Position numbers and translations under genes: made by a program
Shown: positions 30,950-42,208 of the stretch, piece after piece
Numbering within the stretch: position 1 is the stretch's first letter
Layout of the letters: the number at the start of each line of letters is the position of its first letter
Notes under the pieces: model-generated
Seen by the model: only the letters and a program-made list of their open reading frames with translations
The model's database searches: none
What the model was told of the DNA's origin: nothing
NCBI GenBank assembly: GCA_946965045.2
Contig: OX337232.1
Location: 992,001-1,056,000, forward strand
Length of the DNA stretch: 64,000 bases
Reading direction: 5' to 3'
Origin: Epithemia pelagica
Lineage: Eukaryota; Protista; Bacillariophyta

Positions 30950-31712
30950 TAGAACTCTCACCGAAAATCATCGGTTAGGTTCGGCACCTCATCGGTTAGT
31001 CGAGTCCCGTGGCTTCAAACATCACCTACATCACCTACATCCACACTACATACCTAGCTTTGCGCTAGCTCAACCTATATTTCGGTCGCATATACCAAAA
31101 AGTGAGAACAGATTGACAAACGTGCTATCAAGAATCAACTTTGGTCTTGATATCGCATCAACGGATGATCATCCGTTGAACATCCGAGCCTGACCTATGC
31201 CCTAAGCGTGCGCGCCCAAATTCGTCAAGATGCGCGCAAGAACTATCCGAGCGTGGCGATCATGTATCCGACCCAACGGTCTAAGTACACAAGGCACGAA
31301 TCACGATCACGCGAGACCATATCATTGTTCCCACTATTTCAAGATTGCAAACAAGAACGCGCCAACAAAACTACATATACCAACTTTAGCCAAGAATCGT
31401 TGAGGCTGTATATGATATACAAGCACATATACATGTTATATACCTCACATACATCAACTCCAACCATTCCAGTCCTATCACCGCCAAGAACCTATTTCAC
31501 ACGATCGACAACAAGAATGGAAACCTCACACACCAAACCTAGTAGTAAGCTCACAATCATTAACATTACCATATCATCACGTCTTCAGTGTCCTGACTAT
31601 CCCTACGATAGAGCCCTTGGGTTTCCTTTGTTCTCTGACCCGTGGAGAACCTTGGTATCAGTTGGTAATCGATTGTGGCTCTTCTAGAGCGTGTACTGAC
31701 GGAATTCTACTA
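30947..31712 (+). repeat. 3' LTR of copia 2
   Basis: Direct repeat of 22703-23468, followed by the GCTCT TSD. Confidence 0.96.
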
Positions 31713-33209
31713 GCTCTAGATCCAATCCTCTCTAGAATAGTTGTCGAATAAGTGCTGGGGTACATGTCTTCGTTGTTCTTTCCTGAGAGATCAAAATCAA
31801 GCAACCAAGACTCTTTTATGCCTCGTGGTTCTGTTCCTGGTTCTGTTTCGTGTGGATGCAGCATATTGAAACCACAAACGTCACCGTGGACAAGACCTCT
31901 ATCGTGCATGGACTGAATGATCTTCGCAATATCTAGAAAGTGACTAAGTTTGGAGGCAACGTGCGTTCCATCCTGATAGTCATAAGAAAGAATGACAACC
32001 GCTCCCTTCCTGTAGGGTGTTGGCACAACCGAATCGACTTTCCGGCGCTTGGATGGACTTGGTTCCTCATCCACGGTCTCCCAGGGCTTCCCAATGAACC
32101 TCTTGGTACCGATATTCTCTTCCAATGCATACTGCTCTCGTACATTGAGTCCTTTGGTCCACGGGTACTCCTTAGCTTCCGACGGGGCCAGCCAGTAATC
32201 AACCTTTCGATATGTAGGGTAGAAACGGTTGTCAAAGATTTTGTATACAGTTGTCTTATCTTGAAAGGCAATGTTGTAGTTCTTCCTCTGCTCCCATACT
32301 TCGTCCGTCGGCTGCTGTCTGCTCAAATGCTCGGCGCAGTTAAGGTAGCGGACAATCCCTTTGCAGCTATCCATAACTGCTTCCGTAATATCCTCTCCTA
32401 ATTTGCAATCGTAAATCTCGCGCCACAGAAAGCCCATCTTTACGTCGTTGTTTTTCTGCGACTGGTCGCCAACCTTGTCGAAGAGAAAGGCTTCCTGCAC
32501 AATCTGCAGACGTAGACTCTTGTCTTTCGGAGTTCGATCGTAGTGAAGCCATAGAAGAATCATATGCGTGTTTGATTGACGAATCAAGCGTGCGTATTTG
32601 AAGGCCTGCTGTATTTTCCCGCAAACCATTTCTTCATTCTCGCCCGTTACAGTAAAGTCTGCCCCCTTCTTCTGATTCTTTCGCCAATTCTTGCTGACAC
32701 TCATGCGCAACTTGTCTGAAAGATCCGTTTTTTGGACATGAGGAACTGTATTAAGGGCGTCCATCATATCCTTGGCTATCTCCTTTGTCGTATCTTCGTC
32801 CTCCGTAGGCATACTTTTGTTTTTCTGGTCGCCATAATATTCCAACAGACCCATACCAACGGGGTGGACTAGAAGCGTCCCTCTTCGCTTTACATTTTCA
32901 TAGAAAGATGCAGCAGTGCTGCTCTTGGCTATACTACTACTGCGCTCTGCCATTGTTGTTTTGTGATGAAGCCCCTTTTTTTTTATTGACTTTCAATTTT
33001 GCATTGTGGCGAAGAATCTGCAAAAATTGCAACCACTGTCATTCACTACCAGGACTCACCCTCCGCTAAGGGGGTAGCTTCCGCTCTATTAAGGGGGAGG
33101 GGTGCCCTTTTCCTACACTCATAACTCATGTATTGCCGACACAACTTCCTCTCCTCATTCAAGCGCATTTGAGACAGAGGATTACACTAAAGTCCGTATC
33201 ATCAAAATC

Positions 33210-33974
33210 ATGACGAATCCCACAGACCCAGACCTTGCTGAAACCACTGAAATACAGGTATGTCGCTATATGATTGACTGACGGAGTGATCCTTGCTATA
33301 CGACATTGGTCTAAGACACCGAGATGGGAGCCGAAACTGCGCTTTCCTGCAGAACGTGACAGGAATTGGGAAGCACCACGGGGGCGGATAAAGAGAAGAA
33401 GAAAACAAGAACGGAAACTGAAACTTTGAACGATTGCTGTCCAATGTCTTTTGAGTTGTATCTCACCTGTCACTTCCTCATTTTAACATTTGTTTAGGTG
33501 CAACTGCAACAGTGCCTTGAACGAAGCAAGAAAACGTGGACCGGTTTGTTCACCGGAATACCAGTCGCTTCCAATGGAATCAGTTGCGCACATCTGGCCG
33601 CATCGAAAGAGATTTCAGCGGCAGCAAACAAAATGGCATTGGCCCACAAAGAGGCTGCCGAAACGGCGGGGGGCAAAGTTGTGGAAGCTGCAACGAAACT
33701 TGAAAACGGAATGGTGGCAGTTTCCAAGGCACATGTAGAAGCATCTAGAGAGGTTGCAAACTCGTTGGTGGAAGCTGCAAAATGCGTCGCACTGGCCTGT
33801 GTAGTGGCCACTGTCATCAGCACAGCACCTTCGTGGGATGGCCTCATCCTTTTCTTTGTCGCAATTGGCTTGTTGTTCGTCAGTCGCTGGACGGCGGTCC
33901 TTCATTTCATAATCTCGCAATGGGCTCGAACATATGGGTGGGAAGGGAACACGAACCACCTTGGAAGCTCCTGA
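33210..33974 (+). CDS. Small two-exon protein (~174 aa): Ala/Lys/Glu-rich helical region plus C-terminal TM hairpin
   Basis: Exon 1 at 33210-33257 (MTNPTDPDLAETTEIQ), phase-0 GTATGT...TTTAG intron at 33258-33497, exon 2 at 33498-33974. Both splice sites are conserved in the copies at 16.0-16.7 kb and 58.2-58.9 kb. Confidence 0.55.
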
Positions 33975-34479
33975 ATTGCGTCGGCCGGATTGGATACGGT
34001 CGACGCACACCTGTCCGCGCTTCTTGATTCATCCGTACGCCCTTACGCTTGGAACGTGATCGACCGAATTGGACTCTGTCGACAAACATCCATTTTTGCG
34101 GCATATGAGACGATTCCTCTACTTTCTTGGAGCATGTCTTGAACACACGTCCCTGTAGGTAGAGTCTCATAAAATATAGCATAGAGATTCAAACATGACC
34201 ACAAAGAGGAACTTGCGTGCTACAGACATCCCGATATCTCGTGCACAACAAATTCCACCACTACTACTACGACGAATAGAATCCAAGCTCGTAGGATAAA
34301 GTTGGATCGGTTTCCAATTTTTGCAAGTGATTTTCCATGCATCCAACGCAATGAAAATAACCACCAAAAGGTAACGTTCCATCCCCGAAAATAAAAAGTC
34401 CTGAATGACGTCTCAATACCACTACTTGGTTTAGGCATCGTCTCATTGGATCTGTAGTACTCCAGTGAAACATGTCCCG

Positions 34480-35170
34480 CCCACTCTGGAGAAGGAGGAT
34501 GGACCAGTCAGATTTAGAACAGGATTTCCAGTCTCAATACCATGCGTCATTCCAATCAAACTGTGCGGTCGCTAGGTGTCCGAGACGTACATACACCACC
34601 ATCCCATGACGATAACGAAGCCGAGAGGGCGTCATCATGCTAGTCGATACATTCCCGGCATGGTGGTGACAGTCTTGGTTGTTTTGCATCTCGCGGGTCT
34701 CGTGTTGGTGGCCTATTTCGTGGGATGGATCATGGCTGCCCAAGGTTTGGTCTTTTGTATTGTATCCGCAGCTTTATCACCGCTCTTAACAACCTTGTAT
34801 GTCCTTTCCCAGAAACAAAAACAGCAACAACGACGACGACCAGCCCAAGAGACGGAGGAAGAAGCCAGTTGACGACCCTTGCAATATACGACTTGGGAAT
34901 CCTTCAACGACGGTTCACTAACGCACCATTTCGGGTATGGATGCCCCAGTCAATTGTTGGAGTCTGCAAGACAATGACAACCCCTTTGATGTCTCTCATT
35001 GCGCAATACCATGCATTTGTTAGATTTTGCAGATCAATCCAGCGTGAACAGACGTTTGCCGCTTGTTTCAATGTAACAATGAGCAAGATACTGCCATGTA
35101 TACAAGCGTTTGACTTGCTAGTTTTCATGTAAGCAATCAACTTTATATCTTCAATTATTCTTGACTTTTT
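34480..35170 (+). pseudogene. Second 5'-truncated copy of the 3' half of the 6744-7424 membrane-protein gene
   Basis: Near-identical to 17310-17990. Confidence 0.75.
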
Positions 35171-35255
35171 CAGGGCTTAAACTCGTCATCACAAATGCTA
35201 GTCACGTATTGATTCATGGGCGAAATACTCTTGTGTATGTAGTTGTATCATAAGT

Positions 35256-38200
35256 CTAATCGGACGACGACCCAAACAGACCACGGAAGGCGGTCGCGGC
35301 CACAAAGGCCAGGCCTCCATAAACCAGATTTCGACGCATGTTCGCATCCATACCTTGGCCATTTTCGTTGTCAGCGTTGTCTTTATCAGCAATGGGAACT
35401 GGAAGATTGTCAAAGGTACCAGTGTATTCCTCAGCATACAATTGTCCGAATTCCGATTGTTCCAGTCGCTCTCGTTCTTCCTTGAGCTTTTGTCGTTTGT
35501 TGCGTACCGCCTTGAGGGCGTCGCTGGTAATGACCCGAACTTGATCAGCTTCTTCTTTCGTCGTGCCACTGGTCATCCTTGGGGTGGTGGGGGATACCAT
35601 CTGGTCATTTTCTTGGCGCAATACGCGCACCTTGAGTAGCTTGGCACGGCTTGTAATGGATTCATCGTCAACCGTGACAGCTGCCGCGGCTGCCACAAGG
35701 GCCTTGATGATTTCGGACGATTCCTTGACATCTTCGGGTGCCGCATTCTTGGGAACATGGTCCATAAAGAGCGACTCGTCCAATTCAAAACGAGATTCCT
35801 CGTCTGGGACGCTTTCCAGGTCCAGGGACTCCTCTTCTTCTGGTGCCAAGGAAATCGAGGAATCCATTTCTTCCATCTGCAACTCTTCCCCAACAACCTC
35901 ATTGGTTACATCGGACAAAACGGTTACAGATTCGGATTCCACAGTTTCATCTTCCATCTGGACCCTCTTTTCCAATGCGGCAAATAGCGACTCGTCGTGT
36001 GTTTCCAAAGAAAAGCTCGAATCTGTTTCTTCCACGATATCATTTTCCACAACAATTGTCTCGGTGGAATCGGACACGACAGTGAAAGATTCGGATCCAA
36101 GAGCGTCTGCAACAGTCGTTTCAGACAAGGACATTGTCGTTTCTTCTTCTTGTTGTTGTTTGGAGTCAGGAGACACAATGTAGAAGTCGGCCGGCCGTTG
36201 AGAAGTCACGTCGTCGTTGACCGTTGTCCCTTCGACCACAGTAGCTGTGGCGTCCAGGGGCACTTCATCGTCTTGTTCGTCTTGGTTGTTACTGTGAGGT
36301 TGCGTTTCGAAAGCAGCAGTACGGTCTGGCAAAGCCGTCGGTGCGCTCGTTTCGGCCGTCGTTGCTGCAACAAGATCGTGTGGTGGTTGTTCCTCAATCG
36401 TCGGCGCTTCCGTGGCCAGCGTGTCTTTTACGGCTTCGGTTTTTAAAAATTCTTGAACAAACTGCACCACTGGATCCTCGGCAGTTTCCTCCTCGGCCTT
36501 AATGTCGAGGATGGTTGGGGGAGTCGTCCTTGGTTCCTCCAGGTTGTTGGTGCTGGGTTCTGACGCCATGGGATCGAAACTGCTCGAAGGAGTAGTCGTA
36601 CCCTTGGGATCAGCCTCGTCTTCTTTCGGACGATGAAGGGCCGTCCATTCTTGCGCCAAGTCTTGCGCCGAGACGGTGGTCACTGGATTGCTCGTTTCCG
36701 GTTTGACGGGTGGTGGTGCTGGTATGGCCTGTGACAAGGCCAAGGCGGTCTGACTCATTCCACTATCATCACTACTACTGTCATCCGTATCCTTTTCCGA
36801 CGAGGATGCAAACGAATCGGCCGTCGTCGTCTGTTTCTCGATACCAGAGGCCTGTTGTTGTAGATCTGTGGTGCGTTTCGTGGAATCCCAGGCGGCAGCC
36901 TCTTGGACATGCATGGTGGTGGTTGGTTCTTGAGGCACGACGGTCGAAAGGGCCTCGTTCCGAATAACAGTAGTATGATCCGAATGGCTGGATTCGGTCG
37001 TTTCCACATCGACCTCTTGATTTCGACGCGTCCAATCCTGCGCCAGTTCTTGAATGGTGGCCGGATCGGTACGAGGGGTTGACAGTGGTGGTGGTGGTTG
37101 TTGTTGTTGTTGTTGGAGCTGTTGTTGTTGTTGTTGTTTCTTTTCATGCTCGTGCAACCATTCTTGGGAGACCTTGTGATTGGGTTTCATTTCCTCGACC
37201 GACGGTGGATGCAACTGGGCCCACGCTTGATTCCAAAAGAAGGTGGAAGTACTCGTTGTGGTTGTTGTAGTCATGGAGCGGATGCTGGTCGATTTCTTCA
37301 TGTCTCGAGGAGGGGGCAGCACAACTGCATCCTCTTGTGGAGAAGGAGGCAGAATCGATTCAACATTGAGTGAGGATGAGGAGGAGGATGGTACGACTGG
37401 TACACTCGTGGTCGTGGTTGCCTGGGAGGATGGAATCATGGAATTGTCCGAGTCGTCCTCCTTTTTCGTCGTGGTCTCGGACGCAAGGACCGCCAGTTCC
37501 TCGTTGGACTCGTCGTCTGTTGTTGTCGTTTTGGGAATGGAATCGGCCAAGGATTGTTTGTTGGGCTGCTGGACTTCAATAGAGGGTGGATGCAACGAGG
37601 CCCATTGCGAAGCCAGGTCTTGCAAACTGTGTTGTTCCTCTTCTTTTGGTGGTGGTTCTTGGGTGGAGACTGGCGTGGGAGAAGAAAAGAGTGGCAAAGG
37701 ATTGGGTTCTTGCAGTTGCGAACTGGAGGATAGATCGAAATAGTCCAAGGCTTGTTGTTCCAAATCGTCCAAATCAGGTTCCATGCTGGTCCAGCCCGTA
37801 AACGACGTCGAGTCTTGAGGAGGAGGAGTGGTTGGGTCTTGTTGCACTGTCCTGATATCGTCCTTGTTGGTATCCTTGGTGTCATTGTCCCTGTCGTGGT
37901 CCCTTGTCGTCGTCGTCGTCATCTTCCAGGGGTCATGTTCCGTTTGCTTCTTGACGGCATTGATTTCGTCTTGCGATCTTGGTGGCGTCTTGTGTTGGTG
38001 GTTATTGGAATCCTTGGAATTGGACGACGACACGGGTGGTCGACCCTGTCGATTCAAGGCCGCCCAGGTTTCGGCCATTTGCGCCATGGACGCCGGAGAC
38101 GATTCGTAGGTACCAATGACGGAATAGGGATTCTTGTTGTCATCCTGTATGTCGTCGTCCTTGTCGTTGTCATGGTCCATCCTGGGGAACTTGGTGCCAG

Positions 38201-39011
38201 TGGTGGGTTCCTCCGACGGGGACAACGACCCTGTAGTACTTCTACTCGTACTACTACTGCGACTCCACAATTGCGAGGGATAGACCCAAGGAGGTGACGA
38301 CGAGGACGCCGTGTCCATGGGGGATGACGGTTGCTCCGTGTCGTCGGTGGCGTCCTCGGGTGCGGCGGTGGTGTCACGCAATCGACCCGTCGGGACCTTC
38401 ATTTGGTGCATGGCCGTCATGGGAGACGATGACGATGTGCTGGTGCTGGACATGGTCGAAGTCGTTGTCGACATCATCATTTGAGAGGGATACACCATGG
38501 CGGCTTCGGACGAGGAGGGAAAGGAGGAAATGTGCACACGATCGGGGTGACTGCAACTGGAACTGCCTCGAGGAGGACGATGGCTGCCAGTGCTCGCCGT
38601 ACGACTCGCACTCGTCGGACCACCACCATGCTCGTCGTTGTGCTGTTGTCCCTGTTGATACCATTGTTGCAGGGCATGATCATTGTGAAAAAAGGAGGGT
38701 GACATGGTGGGAGGCGGTAACATGTTCATCATGCGTTGTTGAAAGGCTTGTCGAGCATTGTCGTCCATCATCATCATGGGCAAGGCGGCATTGTGATTGT
38801 CGTGTTGATTGTCATACTGATGATGATTGGAATTCGAATTGGTGGCCCCCAATACGACACTGGCCATGGGAGTGGAACGACCGCCGCGCAGAATGTTGTT
38901 GCTGCTACTGCTGCTGCTGGTAGTTCCAAAGGCATGGACGCCCTCCAACAACGACGATGAGGAGGATGCGAACCATGTCAGAATCGCCCAGCCAACCACA
39001 GGACTCTTCAT
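35256..39011 (-). CDS. 1251-aa low-complexity Ser/Thr/Glu-rich protein with predicted plastid presequence and C-terminal TM helix
   Basis: Uninterrupted ORF. Signal peptide ends VHA-F, W-x-x-L-H-like motifs recur, and the C-terminus carries LVYGGLAFVAATAFRGLFG. Confidence 0.8.
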   Translation of the reverse strand: MKSPVVGWAILTWFASSSSSLLEGVHAFGTTSSSSSSNNILRGGRSTPMASVVLGATNSNSNHHQYDNQHDNHNAALPMMMMDDNARQAFQQRMMNMLPPPTMSPSFFHNDHALQQWYQQGQQHNDEHGGGPTSASRTASTGSHRPPRGSSSCSHPDRVHISSFPSSSEAAMVYPSQMMMSTTTSTMSSTSTSSSSPMTAMHQMKVPTGRLRDTTAAPEDATDDTEQPSSPMDTASSSSPPWVYPSQLWSRSSSTSRSTTGSLSPSEEPTTGTKFPRMDHDNDKDDDIQDDNKNPYSVIGTYESSPASMAQMAETWAALNRQGRPPVSSSNSKDSNNHQHKTPPRSQDEINAVKKQTEHDPWKMTTTTTRDHDRDNDTKDTNKDDIRTVQQDPTTPPPQDSTSFTGWTSMEPDLDDLEQQALDYFDLSSSSQLQEPNPLPLFSSPTPVSTQEPPPKEEEQHSLQDLASQWASLHPPSIEVQQPNKQSLADSIPKTTTTDDESNEELAVLASETTTKKEDDSDNSMIPSSQATTTTSVPVVPSSSSSSLNVESILPPSPQEDAVVLPPPRDMKKSTSIRSMTTTTTTSTSTFFWNQAWAQLHPPSVEEMKPNHKVSQEWLHEHEKKQQQQQQLQQQQQQPPPPLSTPRTDPATIQELAQDWTRRNQEVDVETTESSHSDHTTVIRNEALSTVVPQEPTTTMHVQEAAAWDSTKRTTDLQQQASGIEKQTTTADSFASSSEKDTDDSSSDDSGMSQTALALSQAIPAPPPVKPETSNPVTTVSAQDLAQEWTALHRPKEDEADPKGTTTPSSSFDPMASEPSTNNLEEPRTTPPTILDIKAEEETAEDPVVQFVQEFLKTEAVKDTLATEAPTIEEQPPHDLVAATTAETSAPTALPDRTAAFETQPHSNNQDEQDDEVPLDATATVVEGTTVNDDVTSQRPADFYIVSPDSKQQQEEETTMSLSETTVADALGSESFTVVSDSTETIVVENDIVEETDSSFSLETHDESLFAALEKRVQMEDETVESESVTVLSDVTNEVVGEELQMEEMDSSISLAPEEEESLDLESVPDEESRFELDESLFMDHVPKNAAPEDVKESSEIIKALVAAAAAVTVDDESITSRAKLLKVRVLRQENDQMVSPTTPRMTSGTTKEEADQVRVITSDALKAVRNKRQKLKEERERLEQSEFGQLYAEEYTGTFDNLPVPIADKDNADNENGQGMDANMRRNLVYGGLAFVAATAFRGLFGSSSD

Positions 39012-39669
39012 GATGACAAGGATGATCTTTGGTTTGTTCCTTGGTTTCTTCTTTTGGTTGCCCTCTCTTTTCTAGCTTGGTTCCTTGGTTTGATGGATGC
39101 CCTTTTTGTGTGCGTATTGGCGCCTCTCTCGATCGATCGTGTGGATCGGATCGAGACAGACACGGTCGACAGGAAAACGAATGAAACATCCAGCAGATGG
39201 ACCAAAGATACGTATGATGATGGTGTCGGTCCAACAGTTGGTCCAAACAGAAGAAAAAGTTGCTGTCGCAGCGAAGGTTGGCAAGATGTTTCATTGATGG
39301 GTTAGGGAGGGACCATCTGCTTCTACGCGCGTGCCTGCAGGATGGGTCGGCGTGCGTAAGCGCACCTCTCACGCGGGGCGAACCAACAGTCCAGTCCAGA
39401 GAAAACGGTCCCCATTTTCACAAACGCCACAGTCTCTACGATTGGCAAACGACCCACGCACCTATTGTCTAGACGAAAATCTCATCTCTCGTTCTCTCCA
39501 GAGTACGCAAGAAGCAACGACCGAACTCCTGGTGGTAACAAACGCGAAGGAGAGGAAGCGAGGTGTTCTTTGGGGCTTGTGTTCTTTCCATCAAACTCTA
39601 TGCCTCCTCCAGTACAACATGATACGGTTGGAGTTGGAGGTGTATCATCGTGGACTCGCACACACATAC

Positions 39670-39785
39670 TCGGCAATCAGAAACCCAACACAAACCAATC
39701 GGTAGTCTCGATGTAACAAAATAACGTTCGGCAATCAGAAACCCAAAACAAACCAATCGGTAGTCTCAATGTAACAAAAGAACGT
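39670..39785. repeat. 58-bp tandem duplication (2 copies)
   Basis: TCGGCAATCAGAAACCCAA(C/A)ACAAACCAATCGGTAGTCTC(G/A)ATGTAACAAAA starts at 39670 and again at 39728. Confidence 0.9.
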
Positions 39786-40014
39786 TCTACCGTAGCGTCT
39801 TTTATATTAGTAGCAGTGAAGGATGTATCATAGTGTAGAAAAGTATAGATATATTGGAAACGTGCAGTGAATGGAATGCTGGTGGTTGTTGTTTGGGAGA
39901 GAAGGAATGCGGATAATGTACGTGACATGTGTGTGCGGTTGCCACAGATAGTATTCATCCGAGAGAGAGAGAGAACAACAATCCCATGATTGTCGGGAAA
40001 CCAAACGAGGGAGT

Positions 40015-41103
40015 CTAGCGAGATGTGGCAGAAGGACACTGCTGTATCCGAGACACCATCATTTTGGGTCGACGATGATGATGATGATGAGAGTGCAAGT
40101 TTCGACGCCGGCCACGATTGCTTCGCGAGAGTGACAACAAGGACGAGCCTTGTGGAGGTGGCGCGGATCGTCCGCCCTGCGTGAAAACGCCATTGTCCTC
40201 CGGTTCCTGCGACAGTAATGGTATGCGGTCGTCGTATTCGTGTCCTTGCTGCTGCTGCTGTTGTGTTTCGAGGGCTTGTTGGGCATCGACCTGGGCCAGG
40301 GCCCAGGCAAAGTATCGACTGGATCGAGACCATTGTCGCGACTGGGTTTGCACCAGTGCGGCATCACCTCGGGTTTCGCCATGCATTTGCAACACCAAGC
40401 TCTTGTGATCGTCCACAATGGTGCGATCGTGTTGATGCAAGACGAGCCATTCCAATCCCCGTGCCGCCTCCCAATACGATTCGACCCGTCGCAAGGCTTG
40501 TGGTACCGTCACACAGTCTCGAACATTGTCGTCGTAATATTGACACTGCGTGCTGCTGCGGCTATTACAATTGCTGGTGGCCGTTGTTGTCATACTGTCA
40601 TCGGCCGCTTCTCCTTCAGGAGGGTCTGTCGTTTCGTGTGGGTGGTGGTCGGTGGTGGACGACGGATCCGACGACGACAACGACGACACTTGACTGTACA
40701 AGACGGAAAGTGCCAAGGAAAAGTCGGCATCTTCTTTCAACGCATGAACGTAATTGGCACATTCTTTTCGAATGGCATGAACCTCTTGACGGCTCCACCA
40801 AACGTGGTGTTTTTCGTCCTCGTCTAGCCGATCCAGGACAGGATACACGTCACACTGCACGTTGCCAAACACGTCTTGGGCAAATCGAACACGGGTTTCG
40901 TCAAACAACATGCGTCGTCTTGGTTTTCCTGGGCGACTGCTGCCGCTGCTGCTCGAAGAAGAGGAACAAGATGTGGAGCAAGAAGAGGGAGCAGAGGGTG
41001 AATGGTCACTGCTGATGCTCCTATACCACACGGAATCTCGCTCGGAAGAAGTGACCTTGTCCAGCCCCGACATGGAGTAGTCGTCCTCAATCTCCACAAA
41101 CAT
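40015..41103 (-). CDS. Hypothetical protein (diatom-type RVRF...WW...RGLE family)
   Basis: About 362 aa from ATG 41103, with motifs RVRFAQD, HVWWSRQE and RGLE. Family assignment is from recollection only. Confidence 0.65.
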   Translation of the reverse strand: MFVEIEDDYSMSGLDKVTSSERDSVWYRSISSDHSPSAPSSCSTSCSSSSSSSGSSRPGKPRRRMLFDETRVRFAQDVFGNVQCDVYPVLDRLDEDEKHHVWWSRQEVHAIRKECANYVHALKEDADFSLALSVLYSQVSSLSSSDPSSTTDHHPHETTDPPEGEAADDSMTTTATSNCNSRSSTQCQYYDDNVRDCVTVPQALRRVESYWEAARGLEWLVLHQHDRTIVDDHKSLVLQMHGETRGDAALVQTQSRQWSRSSRYFAWALAQVDAQQALETQQQQQQGHEYDDRIPLLSQEPEDNGVFTQGGRSAPPPQGSSLLSLSRSNRGRRRNLHSHHHHHRRPKMMVSRIQQCPSATSR

Positions 41104-42208
41104 TTTCGTTTGGTGGGGCAAATAACAATGATGAATATCTTCCCGAAACACACAGTGTACGAATGACACGCACACACTTGTTTGATCGTTGTTGTTTCGA
41201 CTCTTGTGTTGTCACAATCGGTTGTTGGCCTGTTTTGGTTTTGGATGATTCTAAAAAAAAGTTGGAAATTGTGTCAGAGGACTGAATCGCTGTCTGAATT
41301 CTGAAGGCATGTGGGTCGGTCGGTGTGCGTGTGCGCTGGTGTCAAGGCGAAGAACACCGCGGGTGAGGTGACGTGTGACGCGTAATCCTTGTGCCGGCTT
41401 GTGTGCGTGACACATCGACGGACGTTTGCCGGTCTGTGCGCGCGCGCCAGCGCGATGGACGCCCTTTTGCGAAAAAATCTCAAGTGGCATCGTCTCGATG
41501 ATATATCATCCAAAGCTTTGGATGGTACAAAACAAAAAGACAACCAGTAGGAATGAGATGCAAGCCCCTGCTGGATGAATCCTCCAAGAATGCAATGCAG
41601 TCGAAAGCCATTTATCGAGCTCACGAAAATGTGGTGCAGCAACAACAACAGCAGCAAGCTGAAGCCACTGTTGTTTCTGCGTTGCAAGCAGCTCCGAGGT
41701 TTCCTTGCCGCTACTTGCACAAGAAAGTCTGTGCAATGAATTGACAGATTCACAGCCTCAATCAAATCAGGGACCTACCTGCCTAGGTAGACCCCTGACA
41801 AAGACGTGTCAACGAGCAAGGACCGGAACTACGTGTCAACGAAATGCAACTGGTTTTGGTTTGTACATTCGGGAGGTTCTAGTGTTACACAAGGCCGTTA
41901 AGGGTAGAGTAGTTTACTCTTGGAACGGTTCCAGACGTCAAGGATTCGTGCCATGACCGTCACGGGAGTGATGTGTGATTGCCCTTGGTGGTATGGTAGT
42001 GGTCGTTGTATGAAAATGAGTCAAATAGTACTGAACAAGCCAATGTGTATGCTTGCTGCTCGTTGGTAGAAAACCCATTATTATTCTTGCGTGATGTGTC
42101 ATTGAGAAGGGATGCATGCGACTTGGGGACATAGTGTATTGGGTTGCATCAATGTTTCCCCCTCCGAATCGCCCTGGTCTTGCTTCCTGCCACCTGTCCT
42201 GAGTTCCC

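Larger units (their letters stand above)
22703..31712 (+). mobile_element. Complete Ty1/copia LTR retrotransposon, copia 2
   Basis: 766-bp LTRs at 22703-23468 and 30947-31712 with 2 differences seen. Termini TAGTAGAA...TTCTACTA, TSD GCTCT (22698-22702, 31713-31717), PPT GGGGAG, and gag then pol in PR-IN-RT-RH order. Confidence 0.96.
21423..32953 (-). pseudogene. Crinkler-like protein kinase gene, paralog B, split by copia 2 and by the unclassified insertion
   Basis: Runs ATG 32953 to 31713, resumes in frame at 22697 (…GSR-AGGPDETMM…), is interrupted again at ~22486-21540, and ends at 21423 (…TEKKSDGGN*). Motifs HGDVCGFN and LLDFDLSG. Confidence 0.85.
21385..38590. repeat. Tandem segmental duplication, unit B
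   Basis: Same module order as unit A. Carries the unclassified insertion and copia 2 instead of copia 1. Confidence 0.85.

Noticed and set aside
40059-41015. Long overlapping ORFs opposite or within GC-rich genes (e.g. 40218-41015, 20627-21508, 3992-4525)
   Set aside because: These are shadow ORFs expected from codon bias and low-complexity repeats of the real gene.
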